This document shows positions 1 through 8,710 of a stretch of DNA of 44,391 nt, piece by piece. Every line of letters starts with the position of its first letter. Within the stretch, counting starts at the first letter, position 1. This DNA comes from Escherichia phage vB_EcoS_fPoEco01, in sequence record NC_073317.1. One strand, written 5' to 3'. Made by a program: the position numbers and the translations under genes. The notes under the pieces were generated by a model, which made no database searches, was not told the origin of the DNA, and was given only the letters and a program-made list of their open reading frames with translations.

Positions 1-1251
1 ATGAGTATTCAGCTATCCGCTCCTCAGGCGCTGTTCCTGAACTGCGATAACAAATACAAGGCCTATGTCGGTGGCTTCGGTAGCGGTAAGACGTTTGTTG
101 GCTGTCTGGACCTGCTTACATTCATGCTTAAGCACCCCGGTACGCGCCTTGGTTACTTCGGCCCGACCTACCCGGCTATCCGCGATATCTTCTACCCGAC
201 ATTCGAGGAAGCTGCTAACCTCCTGGGCCTTGATGTGCTGGTTAAATCCGGCGACAAAGAGGTCGTCGTTACGAGAGGTAAGACAGTAATCGGTACAGTA
301 ATCTGCCGTTCGATGGATAACCCAGGCTCTATCGTCGGTTTCAAAATAGCCGCGGCGGTCGTTGATGAACTGGACGTTCTGAGCCGCGAGAAAGCGGAAC
401 TGGCGTGGAACAAAATCGTAGCCCGTATGCGTCTGGTTATCCCTGGAGTGGTAAACCACATCTCCGTTACCACGACACCGGAGGGATTCAAGTTCGTCTA
501 CGCCAAGTTCAAAGAGAACCCGACACCGAGTTACTCAATGGTGCAGGCTTCCACCCACGAGAACGCGCGATTCCTGCCGCCTGACTACATTAGCTCGCTG
601 ACCGAGACTTACCCAGCGCAACTGATTAACGCGTACCTGAATGGGGAGTTCGTTAACCTGACATCCGGCAGCGTCTACTACGCCTACGACCGACGTAAGC
701 ATCGCAGCAAAGAGACAATCCAACCGGGCGACACGCTGTACATCGGGCAGGACTTCAACGTTACGAAGAACGCCAGCGCCGTGTATGTGCAACGTAAAGA
801 CGGCTGGCACGCGGTAGCAGAACTGAAGGGCCTGTTCGATACGCCAGATACCGTGCGTGTGATTACCGAGAAGTGGAAGTCGCAAGGCCACCGCATCGTC
901 GTTTACCCGGACGCCAGCGGCAAGAACCGCAAAACCAACTCGGCGTCAATCTCCGATATCGCCTTACTACAGCAGGCCGGTTTTGATGTTCGCGCTAAAT
1001 CCGCCAACCCACCGGTTAAAGACCGTGTTTTAGCCGTGAATACCGCGCTGGAAAAAGGTAAGCTGTGGGTTAACGACCACTTATGCCCTGAGATAGCGAA
1101 GACGCTGGAGCAGCAGGCATATGATGATAACGGAGAGCCTGCTAAAGACGGCGTCATTGACCATATGGCGGATGCTCTCGGCTATCCTGTAGTTTATGAG
1201 ATGCCGGTGGTTAAACCAGTAATCAACATCCCGGTGACTTTCGCACTTTAA
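1..1251 (+). CDS. terL: terminase large subunit
   Basis: 416 aa; Walker A GGFGSGKT near N-terminus, Walker B-like AAAVVDELD, C-terminal nuclease-like region; followed directly by portal and head genes. Upstream context not visible (window starts at ATG). Confidence 0.85.
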   Translation: MSIQLSAPQALFLNCDNKYKAYVGGFGSGKTFVGCLDLLTFMLKHPGTRLGYFGPTYPAIRDIFYPTFEEAANLLGLDVLVKSGDKEVVVTRGKTVIGTVICRSMDNPGSIVGFKIAAAVVDELDVLSREKAELAWNKIVARMRLVIPGVVNHISVTTTPEGFKFVYAKFKENPTPSYSMVQASTHENARFLPPDYISSLTETYPAQLINAYLNGEFVNLTSGSVYYAYDRRKHRSKETIQPGDTLYIGQDFNVTKNASAVYVQRKDGWHAVAELKGLFDTPDTVRVITEKWKSQGHRIVVYPDASGKNRKTNSASISDIALLQQAGFDVRAKSANPPVKDRVLAVNTALEKGKLWVNDHLCPEIAKTLEQQAYDDNGEPAKDGVIDHMADALGYPVVYEMPVVKPVINIPVTFAL

Positions 1252-1263
1252 GAGGATTATTCA

Positions 1264-2745
1264 ATGTTAACTATGAACGGTCAGAATCAGGGTGTTAAGA
1301 CAAAACACCGGGAATGGCTGCATCACTTCAATAAATGGCAGAAGGTGCGCCACGCGCTGGAAGGCGACCTCATCCGTTACCTGCGCAATGTCGGGAAGAA
1401 CGAGCCTGACCCGACCTATGCGGCACAGCGCCAGGAAGAATACGAGAACGGCGCTATCTGCTACAACTTCACTAAACGTACCCTGGCGGGGATGGTCGGC
1501 AGTGTTATGCGTAAAGACCCTGAGCAGATTATCCCGCCTGAACTTGAGTACCTGTTACGCAACGCTGACGGTTCGGGCGTCGGGCTATGGCAGCACGCGC
1601 AGGATACTTTGATGGAAATTGACTCGGTAGGTCGTGGCGGGTTGCTGGTGGACGCCCCGGAGACAGCTGCGGCAACGGCAGCAGAGCAGAACGCAGGATT
1701 ATTAAACCCGGTCATCGCATTCTACACCGCAGAGAACATCATCAACTGGCGATTGACTCGCGTCGGTTCAGTGAACCGCGTAACGATGGTCGTGCTGCGT
1801 GAGGTATGGGAATACTCTGAACCGGGAGCAGAGTTCGAAACAAAGTTCGGTGAGCAGTACCGTGTTCTCGATTTGATTGACGGGCGCTACCGCCAGCGCA
1901 TTTACCGCTTCGATGCCGAAGGTGGCGCTCAGGGCGACGTAATCGAAATCTTCCCGGAACTCGGCGAACAGTTACGCGGCAAAATCCCGTTCACGTTCAT
2001 CGGGGCAAGCAACAACGATGCGACCATCGACGACGCCCCTTTGCTGCCGTTAGCTGAGCTTAATATCGGGCATTTCCGCAACAGCGCGGACAACGAGGAA
2101 TCCAGCTTCGTTGTAGGCCAGCCTACTCTGTTCATCGCCCCTGGCGAGAACATGAGCATGGAACAGTGGAAAGAAGCCAACCCTCACGGCGTGCGCATGG
2201 GGTCGCGTTCGGGCCATAACATCGGTTACGGTGGCAATGCATTTCTTGTTCAGGCAGGAGAGAACAACCTCGCCAAACAGAATATGCTGGATAAAGAGAA
2301 TCAGGCCATTCAGATTGGTGCGCAGCTTATCACCCCGACGCAGCAAATCACCGCCGAATCCGCCCGCCTGCAACGTGGCGCGGATACGTCTGTTATGGCG
2401 ACAATCGCACGTAACGTAAGTATGGCGTATACCGATGCATTGCGCTGGGTAGCGGCGATGCTAGGGTTGCGTGAAGGCACAGAGATTGAGTTCAAACTTA
2501 ACATGGAGTTCTTCCTGCAACCGATGACCGCTCAGGACCGCGCTCAGTGGATGGCGGACATTAATGCCGGTCTGCTGCCAGCGACCGCTTACTACGCCGC
2601 GTTGCGTAAAGCAGGGGTGACTGACTGGACCGACGAGGATATTCAGAACGCTATTGAGGACGCACCTCTGCCGTTAGGTGCTGTTACTCAGGTGGCAGGA
2701 GAGATTCCGCAGTCGGCGCAGCAACAAGATGTCACTCAGCAGTAA
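1264..2745 (+). CDS. portal protein
   Basis: 493 aa ORF immediately after terL and before Mu-F-like head morphogenesis gene; strong SD AAGAGGA 7 nt upstream of ATG; size and synteny typical of portal. Confidence 0.7.
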   Translation: MLTMNGQNQGVKTKHREWLHHFNKWQKVRHALEGDLIRYLRNVGKNEPDPTYAAQRQEEYENGAICYNFTKRTLAGMVGSVMRKDPEQIIPPELEYLLRNADGSGVGLWQHAQDTLMEIDSVGRGGLLVDAPETAAATAAEQNAGLLNPVIAFYTAENIINWRLTRVGSVNRVTMVVLREVWEYSEPGAEFETKFGEQYRVLDLIDGRYRQRIYRFDAEGGAQGDVIEIFPELGEQLRGKIPFTFIGASNNDATIDDAPLLPLAELNIGHFRNSADNEESSFVVGQPTLFIAPGENMSMEQWKEANPHGVRMGSRSGHNIGYGGNAFLVQAGENNLAKQNMLDKENQAIQIGAQLITPTQQITAESARLQRGADTSVMATIARNVSMAYTDALRWVAAMLGLREGTEIEFKLNMEFFLQPMTAQDRAQWMADINAGLLPATAYYAALRKAGVTDWTDEDIQNAIEDAPLPLGAVTQVAGEIPQSAQQQDVTQQ

Positions 2746-2781
2746 GTTCACATATAGCCCCGAAAGGGGCTTTCTTATAGT

Positions 2782-3858
2782 ATGCTATTAACTTTAGCGC
2801 CACAGGGTTTATCTATGAGCTTACTTACATCTCTAATCAGCCACCAGATATGGCTGCAACGCACTGCATCCGGTGAGGTGAAAGACCTCGCGCCGTTCAT
2901 TAAGGAGATGCGGGACGAAATAAAACGGCAGGTGCTGTTATTCGGTGACGACGGGCGGAGCACTGCGCGACTGAATAAACTGTTACTCGACCTTGAAGAA
3001 GCACTGACGGGGCTTACAGGTGACTGGCAAACAAAGCTGACAGAAGACCTTAAGGAACTGGCCGCATATGAGGCTGAGTGGAACGTAAAAACACTGACCG
3101 CCAACGTTGACGCGGAATTTGTTACGCCTACCGCCGAACAGGTGTGGGCTGCTGCCGAGTTTCAGCCGCTGTCGTTAAGCGACAAGCCCGTCGATTTCAC
3201 TAAGCTGATGGCAGGCTGGGGTGAAACGGAGGCCGCGCGCCTCGTAACCGGCGTTAAGATGGGGTTTGTTCAGGGCCAAACCACACGGCAGATTGTTAAA
3301 AATGTCGTAGGCGCTGGTGGGCTGGCGGACATCTCTGAACGCAACGCGGCTACGGTAATCCGCACCGCGCTGTCTCACGTATCCAACGAAGCCCGCAACG
3401 AGACATACCGCCAGAACGACGACATCATCGAGAAATACGAATGGGTGTCAACGCTGGACAGCCGTACCAGTACGATTTGCAGGGCCAGAGACGGGATGAC
3501 GTGGGAAATCGGTAAAGGTCCGATGCCCCCCGCCCATTTTGGATGTCGAAGTACCACTGCACCGGTAATCAGTTCGGAGTTCGACTTCCTAGATAAAGGT
3601 GCAAAACGCGCGGCTAAGGGTGCGGACGGCGGTATGCAGGTAAGCGCAGACACCACCTATTACGAGTTCCTGAAACAGCAACCGGCATGGTTCGTGGATG
3701 AAGCACTCGGACCTACCCGCGGTGCTATATTCAGGAATAGTGGGATATCCCCAGAGGAATTCCGGGTAATATCCGTCGACGCTTTTGGTAGACCTTTAAC
3801 CTTGAAGGAGATGGCGGCGTTAGATAACAGGGTTGCTGAATATCTTAGGTCGGTATAA
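2782..3858 (+). CDS. head morphogenesis protein (Mu gpF / SPP1 gp7-like)
   Basis: 358 aa; conserved STLDSRTSTICRARDG ... PPAHFGCRST motif typical of Mu F-like minor head proteins; position after portal. Confidence 0.75.
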   Translation: MLLTLAPQGLSMSLLTSLISHQIWLQRTASGEVKDLAPFIKEMRDEIKRQVLLFGDDGRSTARLNKLLLDLEEALTGLTGDWQTKLTEDLKELAAYEAEWNVKTLTANVDAEFVTPTAEQVWAAAEFQPLSLSDKPVDFTKLMAGWGETEAARLVTGVKMGFVQGQTTRQIVKNVVGAGGLADISERNAATVIRTALSHVSNEARNETYRQNDDIIEKYEWVSTLDSRTSTICRARDGMTWEIGKGPMPPAHFGCRSTTAPVISSEFDFLDKGAKRAAKGADGGMQVSADTTYYEFLKQQPAWFVDEALGPTRGAIFRNSGISPEEFRVISVDAFGRPLTLKEMAALDNRVAEYLRSV

Positions 3859-3928
3859 AGTATATCTAGTAGCTAGCTTTGGTCGGTGAACTACTAAAAA
3901 TAGAGAAAGAATATAACCCCATGAAGGT

Positions 3929-4552
3929 ATGCCTATCTCTGGCATCGACCAATCTTCATGGGGTTTTCTTATAGGGTTTAATATGGGAATTGTTTTTGGT
4001 GTGGGTATTAACGATGTTTCACCAATAAGTTGCGGAGGGGTGCATATAGCGTCCTACGCCGTATGGAAGAACATGTTAAAGAGGTGCTACGACAAGAAAT
4101 GGCAGCAAAGAAACAGAACTTATATAGGTTGCCGCGTGTCGGACGATTGGTTGGTGTTCAGTAATTTCAAGGTCTGGTTTGATGATTTTTATGTACCTGG
4201 GTGGCAGATAGATAAGGATTTACTTAACCCGGGAAATAAGGTTTACGATGCTTCTAACTGTGTTTTCATCCCTAAATCCCTCAATACTTTCCTAACAGCC
4301 CACGACGCTCTTCGAGGCGAACACCCACTCGGCGTACATTTCCATAAACAAAAGAAAAGATTCATCGCTCAAGTATCCGTGGATGGCGTATCTGAACAAA
4401 TAGGCGCTTACGAAACCGCTCAAGAGGCACACGTAGCATGGTTTCATAGAAAAATTGAATTAGCATATGAATACAAAGGTCTTTGCGATAGCATAGACCC
4501 ACGCCTTTTCGAAGGCGTCTTACGTAAGATTAACTCAATGAAAGAGGTTTAG
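3929..4552 (+). CDS. HNH-like homing endonuclease with C-terminal AP2-type DNA-binding domain (paralog 1, possibly degenerate)
   Basis: 207 aa; shares GVG.ND ... DW..FSNF..W ... GW.[IV]DKDLL ... C.F[IV]P..LN.FL ... RG..P.G core with ORF 12559..13191 and with the intein-nested HNH ORF; C-terminal AP2-like segment (KKRFIAQVSVDG...LGAYETAQEAHVAW). GWQIDKD here versus GWHVDKD in the paralog. Confidence 0.55.
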   Translation: MPISGIDQSSWGFLIGFNMGIVFGVGINDVSPISCGGVHIASYAVWKNMLKRCYDKKWQQRNRTYIGCRVSDDWLVFSNFKVWFDDFYVPGWQIDKDLLNPGNKVYDASNCVFIPKSLNTFLTAHDALRGEHPLGVHFHKQKKRFIAQVSVDGVSEQIGAYETAQEAHVAWFHRKIELAYEYKGLCDSIDPRLFEGVLRKINSMKEV

Positions 4553-4555
4553 TTT

Positions 4556-5014
4556 ATGGGCTTTTTCAAAGTAACTGATGTACCGTCGCGACGCGTAGTC
4601 CAGTACGCCCGCGTGTCTGGCTCTGGTGAGAACGTGGTATTTATTGAGGACGAAAGTGTACTGGGTACGCCGGTAGATGATATGCCGTTTGCAGATAAAA
4701 CCGGTATTGCACTTCCAGCGGCAGGTATGCTTTATGAGATTCCGTATCTGGCAGATGCTGGCGATGTGTATTTCTCTGTGCAACCGAAAGACACCGAGCT
4801 GGTCGACGGTAGCGCCACCATCACTGTCGAAGTTAAGGCGGGTAAAGCGCCGTATGTACTGACCTGGTACAAAGACGGGAAGGAAGTGGTGAACGCCCCG
4901 GAAGAGGCTCTGTCTCTGACTGTTAATGCGGCTGGTGAATACTTCGTTAAAGTTACTGATGCCGATGGTGCGGAGGCCGTAAGCAAAGCGGCGAAGGTCT
5001 CTAAACCAGGATGA
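4556..5014 (+). CDS. hypothetical protein with C-terminal Ig-like domain
   Basis: 152 aa; C-terminal YVLTWYKDGKEV...VTDADG pattern typical of phage Ig-like (Hoc/I-set-like) domains; ends at bidirectional terminator. Confidence 0.4.
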   Translation: MGFFKVTDVPSRRVVQYARVSGSGENVVFIEDESVLGTPVDDMPFADKTGIALPAAGMLYEIPYLADAGDVYFSVQPKDTELVDGSATITVEVKAGKAPYVLTWYKDGKEVVNAPEEALSLTVNAAGEYFVKVTDADGAEAVSKAAKVSKPG

Positions 5015-5018
5015 TAAA

Positions 5019-5048
5019 AGGCCCCATAATGGGGCCTTAGTTTTATTT
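5019..5048. terminator. bidirectional rho-independent terminator
   Basis: Hairpin AGGCCCC-ataat-GGGGCCT flanked by T-rich tracts on both strands, between convergent genes 4556..5014 (+) and 5043..5564 (-). Confidence 0.55.
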
Positions 5049-5564
5049 AAATCGCGCAGGCATTAACACCATAAAGGCCGTGTTTGAAAATTGTATTTTG
5101 CATCCTCTGGTTTGGTCCTGGAAATCGAAACGAGCAATTTCATTTTTGTATGCCTTAGAAATCTTGTACGCGTCTGCCAAATAGCGCAGAGTGAACCCTA
5201 TACTGTCGACAACACCCGGTGTGATGTGCGCCACGCGTCTCCAGTCAGGAAAGTTTCCTTCTACAACATCTACCGGAAGTGTACATATAAGCGCACGATT
5301 ATCGTCATAGAAAGATACACTGCCGTTGTCGTGGTTTACCTCTGCGTAGTTAAATTTAGAAGGCTCTCTCCCTTTGATGTCTATGAGAGTCCCTTTCTCA
5401 ACGTTGGTCTTCACATTGTCGCAGAACAATCTATGACCGTCCGTAGACACTATCAATCCTTCAGGGTCTATGTAAAAAGCGTTCAAATAGTAGCGAACAT
5501 CATTTTTAGCCCTGCATATTTTCGCCCCTACATACGCAGGGAAAGTAATTACTGTAGTAACCAT
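5043..5564 (-). CDS. hypothetical protein (moron on opposite strand)
   Basis: 173 aa ORF antiparallel to the structural module; own SD AGGAGA, own class I promoter at 5592..5620 and terminator at 5019..5048. Confidence 0.5.
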   Translation of the reverse strand: MVTTVITFPAYVGAKICRAKNDVRYYLNAFYIDPEGLIVSTDGHRLFCDNVKTNVEKGTLIDIKGREPSKFNYAEVNHDNGSVSFYDDNRALICTLPVDVVEGNFPDWRRVAHITPGVVDSIGFTLRYLADAYKISKAYKNEIARFDFQDQTRGCKIQFSNTAFMVLMPARFK

Positions 5565-5591
5565 TTATCATCTCCTGTTTAAGTTAACCGA

Positions 5592-5620
5592 ATAGTACCC
5601 TATTATATTGGGGTGTGCAA
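5592..5620 (-). promoter_or_regulatory. class I sigma70-like promoter (TTGCAC-N17-TACTAT) with embedded AATAG-N4-CTATT palindrome
   Basis: Reverse complement reads TTGCACACCCCAATATAATAGGGTACTATTC; near-identical to elements at 15039..15067, 37339..37367 and 38792..38820. Confidence 0.55.
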
Positions 5621-5686
5621 ACTATTTGTTTACGTATTCCAGTTATTCCACTCAATTGTAAACGTTGGAATAAACTATTCGAATAG

Positions 5687-5715
5687 TTGACTTTTCACTG
5701 AAAATATGATAAGCT
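5687..5715 (+). promoter_or_regulatory. sigma70-like promoter (TTGACT-N17-TGnTAAGCT) driving structured RNA element A
   Basis: TTGACT at 5687..5692, extended -10 TGaTAAGCT at 5707..5715; same architecture at 37030..37058. A CTATTCGAATAG palindrome abuts the -35. Confidence 0.5.
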
Positions 5716-5829
5716 CCACCTGAGCTTGTGAAGTATGAACAAGCGACCGCGGCGCGGGCAGGTAACGGAGCGGGACGTAAGTCCTGAGTGTAGTTACGCT
5801 GACGCGTTCGGAAGGGCCATACTCTATTG
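5716..5829 (+). ncRNA. candidate structured RNA element A (promoter-proximal; paired with copy at 37059..37173)
   Basis: About 115 nt highly similar to 37059..37173 with compensatory changes preserving two stems (GUAAC/GUUAC vs GGAAC/GUUCC; GGAC-GUAA-GUCC vs GUGCC-AUUA-GGCAC) and a conserved hairpin GCUUGU...ACAAGC; no ORF. Confidence 0.45.
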
Positions 5830-5895
5830 CTTGTGTAAAAAGTAACTGGTTTACTGAGATTACGCCGTTTCTATGTTTAAATGATAAGGACTAGC

Positions 5896-5919
5896 GCCCC
5901 GCTTTAAGGCGGGGCTTTA
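5896..5919 (+). terminator. rho-independent terminator downstream of RNA element A
   Basis: GCCCCGC-tttaag-GCGGGGC followed by TTTA; lies between RNA element A and the Rz start. Confidence 0.5.
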
Positions 5920-5939
5920 CTTATCGAGAAAGGGGAAAC

Positions 5940-6326
5940 ATGAATCTTAAAGCAACTGTCGTAGCCGGAGCATGTTTCGTCGTCCTAGCCTACGCACACG
6001 GCATCTATCAATACCGCAGCGGCTGGGGTGAAGGCCGTGCTAATCTCGTTTCGCAGCAACAGCAGAAAGCACAGGCTGAGCTGACGAAGAAAACACAACG
6101 GCAGCAGCAGGATGAATCAAAGGCCGCCGCCGCTGACAACGAAGGCAAGACGAAATCAGAGGTGATTACCCGTGAAGTCGTTAAGTACATTAAAACGCCT
6201 GGCCGCAGCGTGTGCACTTTCGACGATGCTCGCGTCCTGCTCAAGTCCCACGCCGTTGCCAACGCCAATTCCATCCCCGGATACGACGATGATGCAGCCG
6301 CCGTGCAAACTGGCACCGCCAAGTAG
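5940..6326 (+). CDS. Rz: i-spanin (Rz-like)
   Basis: 128 aa; N-terminal TM segment (ATVVAGACFVVLAYAHGIY), Gln/Lys-rich coiled-coil-like periplasmic region, C-terminal Cys; contains an embedded +1-frame lipoprotein ORF. Confidence 0.65.
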   Translation: MNLKATVVAGACFVVLAYAHGIYQYRSGWGEGRANLVSQQQQKAQAELTKKTQRQQQDESKAAAADNEGKTKSEVITREVVKYIKTPGRSVCTFDDARVLLKSHAVANANSIPGYDDDAAAVQTGTAK

Positions 6327-6435
6327 CGACGCTGACGAGGATTTAGCTATCGACGTTCAGAACGCCGAATGTGTACGGCAACTGAGACTGAAAGTGTTCA
6401 TGTTGCAGGATTACGTGAGGAATATTCTGGAATAG
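6172..6435 (+). CDS. Rz1: o-spanin (Rz1-like lipoprotein) embedded in +1 frame of Rz and extending beyond it
   Basis: GTG start with SD GAGGTGA; signal peptide with lipobox LAS-C followed by proline-rich mature region (CSSPTPLPTPIPSP...); classic Rz/Rz1 nested architecture. Confidence 0.6.
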   Translation: MKSLSTLKRLAAACALSTMLASCSSPTPLPTPIPSPDTTMMQPPCKLAPPSSDADEDLAIDVQNAECVRQLRLKVFMLQDYVRNILE

Positions 6436-6517
6436 TTGCCTTGTATGTTGGAATAATTTATTCTTGACATGTAAATCCGGGAGGCCCGGATTCCAACGTC
6501 CAGGGGACATACTGACT

Positions 6518-7219
6518 ATGAATCGTTTTTTACACTATCCGTTCCAGGAAGAAGCTGGGGCAGAAGATAAATCTGGCGGTGGCGACGCTCCAAAAATGTT
6601 CACCGCTGAAGAAGTTCAGGCGCTGATTGAGAAAGAAGTTGCCGGGCTTAAGGCTAACCAGGAAGCATTGCTGGCTGAGAAGAAAGAAGCCGCTCGTAAA
6701 GCAAGAGAGGCCGAAGAGGAACGTCAGCGCGCGCACCAGGAGGCGCTAAAAGCCGCCGGTAAGATGGACGAGTTCGAAAAGACGATTCGTAGCCAGTATG
6801 ACCCGGTGTTAGCCGAGAAAGATGGTCGCATCACCAAAATGGCTGAGCGCATCCTCGGCAGCGAACGTAAAGCGGTGTTAGGCTCTTTCGCAGGTGACTT
6901 TATTACCCCGGAAGCAGTAGACATTCTTGCTCCGTTCGTTAAGACTGAGTTCGAAGGTGATGATGTGGTTACTAAGTTTGTTGGGCCAGACGGCGGTGTA
7001 ATCACGACTGACCCTGAACAGTTCCGCAAATACCTGCGCGAACACAAAGCGTTTTCGCATTTGATTAAAGCAAATGCAGCTTCCGGCGGCGGGGCTTCCG
7101 GTGGCAAAGGCGGCGGGGCCGCACCAGCGTTTAAAGACATGAGTGAAGCGGAGCGTTTAGCTCTGTATAAATCGAACCCTGCCGAATTTGAACGGCAACT
7201 TAAAGCCCTGAGGAAATAA
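6518..7219 (+). CDS. scaffolding protein (putative)
   Basis: Ala/Glu/Lys-rich coiled-coil-like protein immediately upstream of major capsid gene; ATG at 6518 preferred over track TTG start at 6464. Confidence 0.55.
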   Translation: MNRFLHYPFQEEAGAEDKSGGGDAPKMFTAEEVQALIEKEVAGLKANQEALLAEKKEAARKAREAEEERQRAHQEALKAAGKMDEFEKTIRSQYDPVLAEKDGRITKMAERILGSERKAVLGSFAGDFITPEAVDILAPFVKTEFEGDDVVTKFVGPDGGVITTDPEQFRKYLREHKAFSHLIKANAASGGGASGGKGGGAAPAFKDMSEAERLALYKSNPAEFERQLKALRK

Positions 7220-7221
7220 TA

Positions 7222-8271
7222 ATGGCAATTACCACTATCGGCGATATCGTAACTGGCAACATCCCGGTCCTGGCGTCTTATATGACCGAGGACCCGGTAG
7301 AAAAAACCGCGTTCTTCCAGTCCGGTATTCTTACCCCTACTCCGTACGCCGCCGAGATTGCCCGCGGCCCGTCCAACGTCGCTAACATTCCTTTCTGGAA
7401 AGCGATTGATACTTCTATCGAGCCTAACTACTCGAACGACGTATACCAGGACATCGCTACCCCGCGTAACGTGCAAACCGGCGAGATGATGGCGCGCGTT
7501 GCATACCTGAACGAAGGTTTTGGCCAGGCGGACCTGACTGTCGAACTGACCAGCCAGAACCCGCTGCAATCCGTAGCGTCCCGTCTGGATAACTTCTGGC
7601 AGCGCCAGGCGCAACGCCGTCTGATCGCTACCGCGCTCGGTCTGTACAATGACAACGTAGCCGCTACCGACGCATACCACGAGCAGAATGACATGGTTGT
7701 AGACGTGTCTGCTACTCCGGGCTTCGACGCAGGTGCGTTCATCGACGCCACCCAGACTATGGGTGATGCGCTGATGGGCAACGGCGGAGAAGTGCTGGGT
7801 GCTATCGCGATGCACAGCTTCGTTTATGCACAGGCCCGTAAGCAGCAGCTTATTGACTTCATCAAAGACGCCGACAACGACACACTGTTCGCCACCTACC
7901 AGGGTTACCGCGTGATTGTTGACGACAGCATGACCGTAGTCGGCACCGGCTCTAGCCGTAAGTTCATCTCCATTATCTTCGGTAACGGCGCTATCGGTTA
8001 CGGTGAAGGTTCTCCGTCCAACCCGTTGGAATACGAGCGCGAAGCGTCTCGCGGCAACGGTGGTGGTGTTGAAACCTTGTGGACCCGTAAGACCTGGTTG
8101 CTGCACCCGCTGGGCTACAGCTTCACCAGCGCGGTAATCACCGGCAACGGCACCGAGACCGTCGCTCGTTCCGCTTCCTGGCAGGACCTGGCGAACGCCT
8201 CCAACTGGAATCGTGTTGTTGACCGTAAGCATGTACCAATCGCCTTCCTGGTAACTGGTGTAGGGTCTTAA
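7222..8271 (+). CDS. major capsid protein
   Basis: 349 aa ORF directly after scaffold, SD GAGGAAA, followed by strong terminator; synteny and size. Confidence 0.75.
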   Translation: MAITTIGDIVTGNIPVLASYMTEDPVEKTAFFQSGILTPTPYAAEIARGPSNVANIPFWKAIDTSIEPNYSNDVYQDIATPRNVQTGEMMARVAYLNEGFGQADLTVELTSQNPLQSVASRLDNFWQRQAQRRLIATALGLYNDNVAATDAYHEQNDMVVDVSATPGFDAGAFIDATQTMGDALMGNGGEVLGAIAMHSFVYAQARKQQLIDFIKDADNDTLFATYQGYRVIVDDSMTVVGTGSSRKFISIIFGNGAIGYGEGSPSNPLEYEREASRGNGGGVETLWTRKTWLLHPLGYSFTSAVITGNGTETVARSASWQDLANASNWNRVVDRKHVPIAFLVTGVGS

Positions 8272-8287
8272 GGTTAAGATATAATCG

Positions 8288-8315
8288 AGAGGGACTTCGG
8301 TCCCTCTTTTCATTT
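8288..8315 (+). terminator. rho-independent terminator after major capsid gene
   Basis: AGAGGGAC-ttcg-GTCCCTCT followed by TTTCATTT. Confidence 0.55.
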
Positions 8316-8332
8316 ACTAAGAGGATTTCTCA

Positions 8333-8674
8333 ATGGCTGATGTAATCAAACGTCGTATTACCGGTGTGTCCGCGGATACCGTAGGCGCTAAAATCGATAT
8401 GGCGAATATCTCCCCCGCGTCTTTCTCCTCCGCGCTGGCGGCTACTACCTCCGTTACCGCGGGTAAAACCATGACACTGACCGTAACCGTAACGGGTGGT
8501 CTGGAGCCGTATTCCTACCAGTGGTATAAAAACAATAACGCTATCGCGGGCGCTACGGCGGCTACCTATGCTAAAGCGTCAACCACTACTGCCGATTCTG
8601 GTACGTATAAAGTGGTTGTCCACGATGCGTATGGTAATATTATCTCCAGCAGCACTGTAGCAACTGTGTCTTAA
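8333..8674 (+). CDS. Ig-like domain protein (possible capsid decoration protein)
   Basis: 113 aa; PYSYQWYKNNNAIAGAT...DSGTYKVVVHDAYGN pattern typical of phage Ig-like domains; located right after major capsid gene. Confidence 0.45.
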   Translation: MADVIKRRITGVSADTVGAKIDMANISPASFSSALAATTSVTAGKTMTLTVTVTGGLEPYSYQWYKNNNAIAGATAATYAKASTTTADSGTYKVVVHDAYGNIISSSTVATVS

Positions 8675-8710
8675 TACAACGGCCCTTCGGGGCCGTAATA
8701 AGGAAAGGTC

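Noticed and set aside
5716-5829. tRNA, tmRNA, or canonical lambda nut site (boxA/boxB) identity for the structured RNA elements
   Set aside because: No cloverleaf/T-loop (GTTCGAATC-like) or anticodon arm; no boxA-like CGCTCTTA sequence; the hairpin loop is GNRA in copy A but AUUA in copy B. Left as an unclassified structured RNA.
6464-6492. Promoter call from TTGACA at 6464..6469 upstream of the scaffold gene
   Set aside because: No acceptable -10 hexamer at 16-18 bp spacing; the adjacent perfect inverted repeat ATCCGGG-ag-CCCGGAT may instead be a regulatory hairpin. Insufficient support to annotate.
6724-8313. 529-aa minus-strand ORF spanning the scaffold and major capsid genes
   Set aside because: Lies antisense to two well-supported, syntenic structural genes with good SD sites; its translation is low-complexity (Gly/Arg/Val-rich) and no promoter or SD was seen. 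Long antisense ORFs are common opposite GC-rich coding sequence.
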